Source of the DNA: an uncultured Chloroflexia bacterium
GTDB lineage: Bacteria > Chloroflexota > Limnocylindria > QHBO01
Direction: 5' to 3'
Length of the DNA: 64,000 bases
NCBI GenBank assembly: GCA_963825525.1
Contig: CAWGTN010000002.1
Span: 1,600,001 to 1,664,000, forward strand
Both the position numbers and the translations under genes were made by a program. Position 1 is the first letter of the stretch. The number at the start of each line of letters is the position of its first letter. Of the stretch, positions 28,101-35,739 are shown in pieces. The notes below the pieces were generated by a model. That model saw only the letters and a list, made by a program, of their open reading frames with translations. It did no database searches and was not told where the DNA came from.

Positions 28101-28580
28101 TCAGTGATCCGCCGCTTCGGCCAGGTCCGCGACGCGACCCCCCGAGACGCGGACCAGGTCATCGGGGAGGATCGGGAAGACGGCATCCGGAAGGCCGGCG
28201 GCAGCCCACGCCAGGTCGTGCCCGAGCAGGTCCTCGTCGACCAGCACGGTCACGGGTCGCTCGTGACCAAAGGGGGGCACGCCGCCGATCGCGTAGCCGG
28301 TCGCCTCACGCGCCTCATCGCCGCTCGCGCGCCGCGCGGAGGAGCCGTCACCCGCGGATGCCAGCTTCGCCATGTCGACCCGATTGGCACCGGACACCAG
28401 CGCGATGATCGGTTGATCGTCGAGCATGAAGACGAGCGACTTGACGATCTGCCCGACCGAGCAGCCGACGGCACGCGCCGCATCCTCCGCCGTGCGGGTT
28501 CCCTCCGGATAGCGCTGTACGTCGATGGCAAGGCCCGCATTGGCGGCCGCGCTCACCACGCGGCTGATGTTTGGGTGCAT
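28101..28580 (-). CDS. YbaK/EbsC family aminoacyl-tRNA deacylase
   Basis: Motifs TRTAEDAA, QIVKSLVF, TGYAIGGVPPFGH and WAAAG. Confidence 0.92.
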   Translation of the reverse strand: MHPNISRVVSAAANAGLAIDVQRYPEGTRTAEDAARAVGCSVGQIVKSLVFMLDDQPIIALVSGANRVDMAKLASAGDGSSARRASGDEAREATGYAIGGVPPFGHERPVTVLVDEDLLGHDLAWAAAGLPDAVFPILPDDLVRVSGGRVADLAEAADH

Positions 28581-28624
28581 CGACCGATGATAGGGCGCGT
28601 GCTAGGCTGACTGACAGTCAAGAG

Positions 28625-28718
28625 ACGACAGGGGAGCGCAACAGCGCTGAGAGTGTGAACGCAACGGGCGTTCGCAGACCCTCGAACCTGATCCGGGTCA
28701 TGCCGGCGAAGGAAGTCG
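28625..28718 (+). promoter_or_regulatory. TPP riboswitch aptamer
   Basis: The conserved core GGGGAGC...GCTGAGA...GACCCTCGAACCTGATCCGGGTCATGCCGGCGAAGGAAG lies upstream of thiamine genes, with TAGGCT -10 just before it. Confidence 0.95.
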
Positions 28719-28781
28719 ATGCCGCGCGACGCGTGCGCCTCCCGGTCGTTTCCGAACACGAGGACGACGAGGCGTGGTGCG

Positions 28782-29453
28782 GTGAGCGATGCGGGACACG
28801 TGGTGGTGGTGGCCTCCGGCGATGTCGATGAGGCCGATCTTGCATGGCTCGACGGCGCCCGGCTGGTGATCGCGGCCGATGGTGGTGCCGAGACACTCCA
28901 TCGGCATGGACGCCGGCCGGATGTGCTGGTGGGCGACCTGGATTCGACGAGCCCGGACCTCGTATCACGGCTGCGATCAGCCGGGACACGGATCGAGGCG
29001 CATCCCGTCGACAAGGAGGCGTCCGACACGGAGCTCGCGATCGCGGCGGCGTTCCGCGACCAGCCGGCGGAGACGTCGGTCCGCGTGCTGGGAGCCGTTG
29101 GCGGGCCTCGTCTCGACCACGAGCTGGCGAACATGCTCCTGCTGGCGGACCGTGCCTACGCGGGTCGCGACCTCCAGATCGTGCATCGCGGCACGACGGT
29201 CCGGGCCGTCCACGCGGGGACCGAGGCCACGCTGGATGGTCCGCCGGGATCGCTCGTCACGCTGCTGCCCGTGGTCGGTGACGCGACCGGCGTCGAGACT
29301 CGCGGGCTGCGCTGGGAGCTCCACGACGCCGTGCTCGCCACCGGCAGATCGCGCGGCCTGTCCAACCAGGTCATTCGCGCGCCGGCCTCGGTCGGCGTTG
29401 CCGGCGGCACGCTATTGATCATCGAGACACCAGACGAGGAGCACCCGAGATGA
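28782..29453 (+). CDS. thiN: Thiamine diphosphokinase
   Basis: Motifs IAADGGA, VGDLDS, KEASDTELA, GPRLDHELAN, GLRW and GLSN. Confidence 0.92.
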   Translation: MSDAGHVVVVASGDVDEADLAWLDGARLVIAADGGAETLHRHGRRPDVLVGDLDSTSPDLVSRLRSAGTRIEAHPVDKEASDTELAIAAAFRDQPAETSVRVLGAVGGPRLDHELANMLLLADRAYAGRDLQIVHRGTTVRAVHAGTEATLDGPPGSLVTLLPVVGDATGVETRGLRWELHDAVLATGRSRGLSNQVIRAPASVGVAGGTLLIIETPDEEHPR

Positions 29454-30034
29454 CAACCAGGCATGGAGAAGAGACCGGCTGGCGGATCGTGGACATCGTG
29501 GTGGCAGCCGTGGTCGCCGTCACCTTCGGCGTTGTGTTCCAGGCATGGAACGTCCTGTGGGAGACGACGACGTTCGTCGCGCCTCCCATCCGAGGGCTGG
29601 TGTATGGGGTCTGGATGATTCCCGCCGTGCTCGTCCCGCTCATCGTGCGGAGGCCAGGGGCCGCGCTCCTCGGCGAGACGGTGGCCGCCATCGCATCGAT
29701 GCTGTTCGGAGCGCAATGGGGACTGCTGACCGTGGTCTACGGCCTGGCGCAGGGGGCCGCAGCCGAGCTCGTCTTCGCCTTCGGCCTGTACCGGGTGTGG
29801 TCGCTGCCCGTTGCGCTCGGCGCGGGGGCTGCCGCCGGGCTCGCGGGCGCGCTTCTGGACCTCGCCTTCTTCTATGCCGACTGGTCGGGAGATTGGCAGC
29901 TGCTGTACGTGGGGCTCGTCACGGCGAGCGCCGCGGTCGTGGCCGGCCTCGGTTCGTGGGTGCTGGTGCGCGGCCTCGTGGCGACCGGCGTCCTCAGCGA
30001 GTTCGAGGTCGGGCGAGAGCAGGGCGAGATCTGA
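29450..30034 (+). CDS. ykoE: ECF transporter S component (thiamine/HMP precursor)
   Basis: Motifs WRIVDIVV, RRPGAALLGE and QGAAAELVFA, under TPP riboswitch control. Confidence 0.88.
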   Translation: MTTRHGEETGWRIVDIVVAAVVAVTFGVVFQAWNVLWETTTFVAPPIRGLVYGVWMIPAVLVPLIVRRPGAALLGETVAAIASMLFGAQWGLLTVVYGLAQGAAAELVFAFGLYRVWSLPVALGAGAAAGLAGALLDLAFFYADWSGDWQLLYVGLVTASAAVVAGLGSWVLVRGLVATGVLSEFEVGREQGEI

Positions 30035-30057
30035 CGCCGGCCGCCCACAATGCGCCG

Positions 30058-31521
30058 ATGACGGCGGAGCGCCGGCCGGCGCGAATCGAGGCCCGGGGAT
30101 GGGGCATGCGGCACGCCGGGCGTCGGGGCTGGGCGATCCGTGGCCTCGACCTGACCGTCGAGGCTGGCGAGCGCGTCCTTCTGCTCGGTGCGTCGGGAGC
30201 CGGCAAGTCGACCCTGTTGCGGGCGATTGCCGGCCTGGTGGACCCGCGCGGAGGGAGCGAGTCCGAGGGACATCTGGTCGTCGATGGGCAGGATCCGCGG
30301 ACCGCCCGGGACCGGAGCGGGCTCCTGTTCCAGGATCCGGAATCGCAGATCGTCCTGGGGCGCGCCGGTGATGACGTGGCGTTCGGACTCGAGAATCGGT
30401 GCGTTGCGGCCGAGCTCATCTGGCCACGCGTCGCGGCGGCGCTCGAGGCCGTCGACTTCCCGTATGGGCTCGACCGTGCGACCCACGCTCTCTCCGGCGG
30501 GGAGCAGCAACGCCTTGCGCTGGCGGGCACGCTGGCGCTCCAGCCCGGGCTGCTGCTCCTCGACGAGCCGACCGCCAGCATCGATCCGGCCGGCGCGGCG
30601 GACATGCGCAGCCTGCTCGCCGCCGTGCTGGACCGGACCGGCGCCACGCTCGTACTGGTCGAGCACCGCGTCGACGAGGTGCTGGACCTGGTCGACCGGG
30701 TGGTGGTGATCGAGGCCGGCGAAGGTGTGATTGCGGACGGCCGCCCGCGCGAGGTCTTCCGGGAGCAGGGATCGGCGTTGGCGGAAGCCGGCGTCTGGGT
30801 TCCCGACCGACCCCCGGCAGGACCGCCCCGGCGCGACCGACCGGGCGCCGAGACCCTCGTCATGGCCGAGCGAGCGACCTATCGCTACCGCGGCGCCACG
30901 GTCGACGCCCTCCCGCCGTCGGACGTTGCGCTTCGATCATCCGAGGCAGTGGCCATCACCGGTCGCAACGGCAGCGGCAAGTCGACGCTCGCCCTGCTGC
31001 TCGCCGGGCTCGCTCCAGCGCGCAGCGGCCGGGTGATCTCGGGCGAGGCGCTTGCGCCCGGCCGTGGCCACGAGGCGATCGCTCGATGGCGCTCTCGCGA
31101 GCTGGTGAAGAGCATCGGGACGGTCTTCCAGCACCCCGAGCACCAGTTCCTCACCGGGTCGGTGCGGGACGAGCTGCTCCTCGGACCGCGTCGCGCCGGC
31201 CTCGGATCCGCCGCGGCGAAGCGACGGGTGGATGAGCTGCTGGAACGCCTCGGGCTGACGCACCTGGCGGCAGCCAACCCGTTCACGCTCTCGGGCGGTG
31301 AGCAACGCCGGCTGTCGGTCGCCACCGCCCTGGCCACCGCTCCTCGCCTGCTGATCCTGGACGAACCGACCTTTGGGCAGGACCGACGAACATGGGGGGA
31401 GCTGCTCCACCTCCTGGCCGGCCTGCGTGACACCGGACGCGGAATCGCATTCGTCACCCACGATCAGCCGTTCATCCACGCCCTGGCCGACCGGACGCTG
31501 CGGCTCGGAGACACGTCGTGA
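30058..31521 (+). CDS. ykoD: ECF transporter duplicated ATPase
   Basis: Two ABC domains: GASGAGKST/LSGGEQQR/LDEP and GRNGSGKST/LSGGEQRR/LDEPTFGQD. Confidence 0.9.
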   Translation: MTAERRPARIEARGWGMRHAGRRGWAIRGLDLTVEAGERVLLLGASGAGKSTLLRAIAGLVDPRGGSESEGHLVVDGQDPRTARDRSGLLFQDPESQIVLGRAGDDVAFGLENRCVAAELIWPRVAAALEAVDFPYGLDRATHALSGGEQQRLALAGTLALQPGLLLLDEPTASIDPAGAADMRSLLAAVLDRTGATLVLVEHRVDEVLDLVDRVVVIEAGEGVIADGRPREVFREQGSALAEAGVWVPDRPPAGPPRRDRPGAETLVMAERATYRYRGATVDALPPSDVALRSSEAVAITGRNGSGKSTLALLLAGLAPARSGRVISGEALAPGRGHEAIARWRSRELVKSIGTVFQHPEHQFLTGSVRDELLLGPRRAGLGSAAAKRRVDELLERLGLTHLAAANPFTLSGGEQRRLSVATALATAPRLLILDEPTFGQDRRTWGELLHLLAGLRDTGRGIAFVTHDQPFIHALADRTLRLGDTS

Positions 31522-32291
31522 GGCCGATCCTGTGGACGGTCAACCCGGTCGCCAAGCTGGCCGCCGCCACCCTGCTGCTCGCGGCGCTGTTCGTGTCGCT
31601 GGACGGCGTGACCGCCGGCATCGTGCTCCTCGGGTTGCTGGCCATCCTGCCGATCTCGGGCCTGGCTCCGTCGTCCCTTGCCCGGCGCTTCTGGCTGGTC
31701 GGCATCGCCGCGCTGTCGATCGGCATCTTCAACGTCCTGTTCGCGGGGGAGCAGGTCGGCCCGGTGGTGCTGGAGATCGGACCGCTGCGGATCGGTGCCG
31801 CGACGCTGGCGAATGGCGCCGGGCTCGCACTACGGCTGCTCGCCATCGCGCTGGCCGGCGCCCTGGCGACGCTCACCAGCGAGCCGATCGACGTGGCCGA
31901 CGCCCTGATCCAGCAGGTTCGGGTCTCACCGCGTTTCGCGATCGGCGTCCTGGCCGCGCTGCGCCTGTTGCCGCTCCTCGATCGGGAGTGGCAGGTCATC
32001 GGGATGGCGCGGCGCGCCCGCGGTGTGGATGCCGGTGGATCGCCGATCGAGGCCGTCCGGCTCGCATTCGGCCGCCTGTTCGCGCTCATGGTGGCAGCCA
32101 TCCGCCGCGGTTCGCGGCTCGCGGTGGCCATGGAAGCACGTGGATTCGGCGCCCGCCCGTGCCGCAGCGTGGCGCGTCCGCAGCGCATGCGGACGCCGGA
32201 CTGGCTCTGGATTGCCGGCGCGGCCGCTCTTGCCGCGGTCGCCATCGGGGTCAGCCTGGCTGTCGGGACGTGGCGTCCGTTGTTCGGCTAG
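31518..32291 (+). CDS. ykoC: ECF transporter T component
   Basis: NPVAKL start, plus the EcfT motifs ARRARG and AMEARGF. Confidence 0.9.
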   Translation: MRPILWTVNPVAKLAAATLLLAALFVSLDGVTAGIVLLGLLAILPISGLAPSSLARRFWLVGIAALSIGIFNVLFAGEQVGPVVLEIGPLRIGAATLANGAGLALRLLAIALAGALATLTSEPIDVADALIQQVRVSPRFAIGVLAALRLLPLLDREWQVIGMARRARGVDAGGSPIEAVRLAFGRLFALMVAAIRRGSRLAVAMEARGFGARPCRSVARPQRMRTPDWLWIAGAAALAAVAIGVSLAVGTWRPLFG

Positions 32292-32336
32292 CGAGAGGCA
32301 TGGGCCACGACCCGCGGCCGAGCGTACCATCGGCCG

Positions 32337-33287
32337 ATGCCCCGAAGCGAGGACCTCGGATTTCGCGCCGGCGACGTGACGCTCGACGGCACGCTCCTCC
32401 TGCCCGATGGCGACGGCCCGCACCCTTGGGTGGTTCTCGTCCCGAGCTGGCTGCCGCGCGGCCGCGACGGCGATTGGGACCGGATAGGCCACCCCGCCTG
32501 GTTCGCGGCGCTCCCGACGCATGCGTCGGCCGGACTGTTCGACCGCCTGGCGCATGCGCTCGTGGAGCGGAACGTGGCGACGCTCCGCTTCGACCCGCGC
32601 GGCTGCGGGACCTCGGGCGGTGATTGGGCGGCCGCTGACCTGTTCGCCCGCATCGACGATGTCCGCGATGCCGTCGGCGCCATGCGCTCGCGCCCCGAGC
32701 TCGACCTCCGACGGTCCGCGCTGATAGGCCACGGAGAAGGATGCGGGATCGCGCTGAGCGTCGCCATCGGCGACCCGGCCATCGGCGCCGTGGGGCTCAT
32801 CGGCGCCAGCGCCCGTTCGTTCCGCGACGTCCTGCGGAGGGGCGTCGCCGAGCGGGCCCGTAGCGGCGAAGATCGGCAGCATCCCGTGGTCGCGACCCTC
32901 GACGCGAACGTGGAAGAGCTCATCGAGCGGGTCGAGCGTCGGGAGGCCACGATCGTGATGGAGGTGGGCGCGGAACGAGTCGAGCTGGCGTTGCGCGGCT
33001 GGGAGCAGGCATTTCACACGCCTCCCCTTGCCCTGGCCACGATGCTCCACCGCAACGTCGTCCTGGCCCATGGCGCATCGGACGCATGGTCGGACCAGGA
33101 CGAGTCGCGCATCCTGGCCGGCGTGCTCGCGGAGGCCGGGAACGAGCCCGTGCTGCAGGTTGTGCCGGACAGCGGGCACGACCTGGGACCGGACGATGCG
33201 GTGGCGAACTTCGTCGAGGCGCTCGCGGAGCGGATCGTTCCTCGTGACCTTCCGCCGGTCCTGCTGGCGATCGAGGAGATGCGCTGA
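32337..33287 (+). CDS. Alpha/beta-hydrolase fold protein lacking the nucleophilic Ser
   Basis: Motifs LDGTLLLP, TLRFDPRGCGTSGG, elbow LIGHGEG, HGASD and GHDL. Confidence 0.8.
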   Translation: MPRSEDLGFRAGDVTLDGTLLLPDGDGPHPWVVLVPSWLPRGRDGDWDRIGHPAWFAALPTHASAGLFDRLAHALVERNVATLRFDPRGCGTSGGDWAAADLFARIDDVRDAVGAMRSRPELDLRRSALIGHGEGCGIALSVAIGDPAIGAVGLIGASARSFRDVLRRGVAERARSGEDRQHPVVATLDANVEELIERVERREATIVMEVGAERVELALRGWEQAFHTPPLALATMLHRNVVLAHGASDAWSDQDESRILAGVLAEAGNEPVLQVVPDSGHDLGPDDAVANFVEALAERIVPRDLPPVLLAIEEMR

Positions 33288-33307
33288 CGAGTCGCTAGAC
33301 TCCGGTC

Positions 33308-33772
33308 ATGGCACGCCCCGATGTCGGTGACCTCGCACCCCGCTTCGAGCTGACGGCAGATGATGGAAGCGTCGTCTCGAGCGACGGACTGGACGGGTCG
33401 CGATTCGTCCTCTACTTCTACCCGGAGGACGACTCCCCGGGCTGCACGGCCCAGGCCTGCGGCCTCCGTGACGCATGGACCGAGCTGGCCGAGACGGGTG
33501 TGCCGATCTTCGGCGTGTCGCCCGACGGCGTCGACCGCCATGTCCGGTTCCGCGCGAAGTACGACCTCCCTTTTGCGCTGCTCTCGGACGACGGTCATCG
33601 AGTGGCCGACGCCTATGGGGTCTGGGTCGAGAAGACGGTCGCAGGACGCACGTTCCTCGGAACCGAGCGCACCACGTTCGTCATCGGCGCCGATGGTCGG
33701 ATCGAGCACGTTCTCGCCAGGGTCAAGCCCGATGAGCACGCTGGCCAGCTGATCGAGGCACTCGCGACGTGA
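33308..33772 (+). CDS. bcp: Thioredoxin-dependent peroxiredoxin (Bcp/PrxQ)
   Basis: Motifs YFYPEDDSPGCTAQAC and ERTTFVIG. Confidence 0.93.
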   Translation: MARPDVGDLAPRFELTADDGSVVSSDGLDGSRFVLYFYPEDDSPGCTAQACGLRDAWTELAETGVPIFGVSPDGVDRHVRFRAKYDLPFALLSDDGHRVADAYGVWVEKTVAGRTFLGTERTTFVIGADGRIEHVLARVKPDEHAGQLIEALAT

Positions 33773-33879
33773 GTGGCCAGCGAGCGGTGTGGCTCGCGAC
33801 GGTCGCGGTCGGCCTGCTCTCGGTGACCGTCGTCGTAGTCGTGCTGGCGATCTCCGCGGCGATCAGCCCGATTCGATAG
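33769..33879 (+). CDS. Single-TM microprotein (36 aa)
   Basis: MSGQRAVWLATVAVGLLSVTVVVVVLAISAAISPIR; GTGA overlap with the bcp stop. Confidence 0.5.
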   Translation: MSGQRAVWLATVAVGLLSVTVVVVVLAISAAISPIR

Positions 33880-33883
33880 CTCG

Positions 33884-34033
33884 ATGATCTGGATCGCGGT
33901 CGCTGCGGCACTCGTCCTGTGGCTGGTCGGTGTCGTCATGCAGATGGGGCAATGGGTGAATCTCTTCCTGCTGTTCGCGGCCGTGCTTCTCGTGTACCAG
34001 GTGGTCGAGGAACGTCGCTCGCGAGGCGAGTGA
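33884..34033 (+). CDS. Small two-TM protein, lmo0937-like (49 aa)
   Basis: MIWIAVAAALVLWLVGVVMQMGQWVNLFLLFAAVLLVYQVVEERRSRGE; same pattern as the next ORF. Confidence 0.65.
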   Translation: MIWIAVAAALVLWLVGVVMQMGQWVNLFLLFAAVLLVYQVVEERRSRGE

Positions 34034-34130
34034 GCCCACGCCAGGCGGGCTGGCACGCATCCTGCGATCACGGCGCATCGAGGTCGCCCCGCGGCGACCC
34101 GCGGGTACACCTAGGAGTGAGGAGAAATCG

Positions 34131-34277
34131 ATGCTCTGGACGATCATCGTCATCCTGCTGGTCCTCTGGCTTCTCGGCCTGATCGGCGGCATTGGCGGTA
34201 GCCTGATCTACCTCTTGCTGGTCATTGCAGGAATCGTTCTGCTGTTCCAGCTTCTCAGCGGCCGACGGTCCGTCTGA
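34131..34277 (+). CDS. lmo0937 family small membrane protein (48 aa)
   Basis: MLWTIIVILLVLWLLGLIGGIGGSLIYLLLVIAGIVLLFQLLSGRRSV; GAGGAG RBS. Confidence 0.85.
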   Translation: MLWTIIVILLVLWLLGLIGGIGGSLIYLLLVIAGIVLLFQLLSGRRSV

Positions 34278-34413
34278 GTCACCGCATTCCGGCACCGGCC
34301 GGCGCGGCCCAACGAGGGTCGCTCGGGGGGAGCGGCCGGATCGGCCGGGGACACACCCGGGCCCGCCCCGCGACCGATGAGCTGTCACGGCCATCGGCTA
34401 CGCTTGGCGGGCC

Positions 34414-35739
34414 GTGTCGTCCCCCGATTCTTTCCGGTTCCTGCACACCGGTGACCTCCATCTCGACAGCCCGCTCGAGGGCCTGAGCGCCGAGGCGCCG
34501 CCGGACGTCCTCGCCATCCTGCGGGCGGCGACGACCGACGCCTGGAACAACGTCGTCGAGCTGGGGCTTCGTGAGCGCGTCGATTTCGTGGTGGTGGCGG
34601 GCGATGTCTTCGAGGTCTCCAGTCCCACCCTCCTCGGCCAGACGCGATTCCGCGACGGACTGGCGCGCCTGGCCGCCGCCGGCATTCCCAGCTTCGTGGT
34701 CCATGGCAATCACGATCCCGCCGACGGTCGCAGCTGGGCTCCATCGCTCGCATTTCCATCGCTCGTCCATCGATTCGGGACGGAGGTGGGGGAGTCGGCC
34801 CCGGTGATGCGCGGGGACCGCGAGATCGCCCGGGTTCATGGTCGGTCGTATCCGCGCGCCGCGGTCACCGAGAATTTCGCCGCGAGCATGCGGGCCGATC
34901 CGGACGGCCCCTACTCGATCGGACTGCTGCACACGAACGTCGGGGATCGCCCCGGCCACGCCAACTACGCGCCCTGCTCGCTCGACGACCTGCGCACTTC
35001 CGGCATGCAGTACTGGGCCCTCGGCCACATCCACGCGCCGGCGCAGGTCATGGCGGATCCGCTCGCCATCTACTGCGGCATCCCGCAGGGACGCGATCCG
35101 GGCGAGCTCGGGGCGCGGGGCTGCTACCTCGTCGACGTCGACTCGGCCCGCCGCACGTCCGCGACCTTCGTGGCCACCGACGTGGTCCGCTGGCAGCCAA
35201 TCGAGGCATCCATCGGCGGACTCGAGAGTGACGAGGCGCTCATGGTCCTGGTGCGCAGCCTGATCGCATCGGCCCTGGAGCACGCCGACGACCGCTCGCT
35301 CGTGATTCGCCTGCGGCTCGTCGGTCGCGGCCCCCTCCACGCCGCCATTGCGCGGCCGGGCTATCTCGACCACATGGCGATCCTGCTCAACGAAGAGCTG
35401 ACCGGCAGCCGGCCGTTCGGATGGGTCGAGTCGGTCCGGGACGCGACCCGGCCGGAGATCGATCTCGATGCCCGCCGCCAGACGCCCGATTTCGTCGGCG
35501 ACTTCCTCCGCACCGTCGCCACGGCCCGGCGCAGCGCGCGGAGCACCGATCCCGACGAGCATGCCCATTGGCAGGGGCTCCTTCGATCATCGGTCTCCTC
35601 CCTGTTCGAGGAGTCCGCCCGCGGCCGGCGCCATCTCCGGGCGGGCGCACCCAGCGCTGATCAGCTTGTCGGCGAGATTCTCGACGAGGCCGAGGCAATG
35701 GGGATCGACCTGCTGCTGGCGGTCGAGGACGGGGGCTGA
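34414..35739 (+). CDS. DNA repair metallophosphoesterase (YhaO / SbcD-Mre11-like)
   Basis: Motifs GDLHLDSP, AGDVFE, GNHD, YAPC, YWALGHIH and QGRDPGE. Confidence 0.92.
   Translation: MSSPDSFRFLHTGDLHLDSPLEGLSAEAPPDVLAILRAATTDAWNNVVELGLRERVDFVVVAGDVFEVSSPTLLGQTRFRDGLARLAAAGIPSFVVHGNHDPADGRSWAPSLAFPSLVHRFGTEVGESAPVMRGDREIARVHGRSYPRAAVTENFAASMRADPDGPYSIGLLHTNVGDRPGHANYAPCSLDDLRTSGMQYWALGHIHAPAQVMADPLAIYCGIPQGRDPGELGARGCYLVDVDSARRTSATFVATDVVRWQPIEASIGGLESDEALMVLVRSLIASALEHADDRSLVIRLRLVGRGPLHAAIARPGYLDHMAILLNEELTGSRPFGWVESVRDATRPEIDLDARRQTPDFVGDFLRTVATARRSARSTDPDEHAHWQGLLRSSVSSLFEESARGRRHLRAGAPSADQLVGEILDEAEAMGIDLLLAVEDGG

Noticed and set aside
34278-34400. GC-rich hairpins between the lmo0937-like gene and yhaO as an ncRNA
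   Set aside because: The stems are short and imperfect with no recognisable RNA-family motif, and are explainable by base composition or a terminator.
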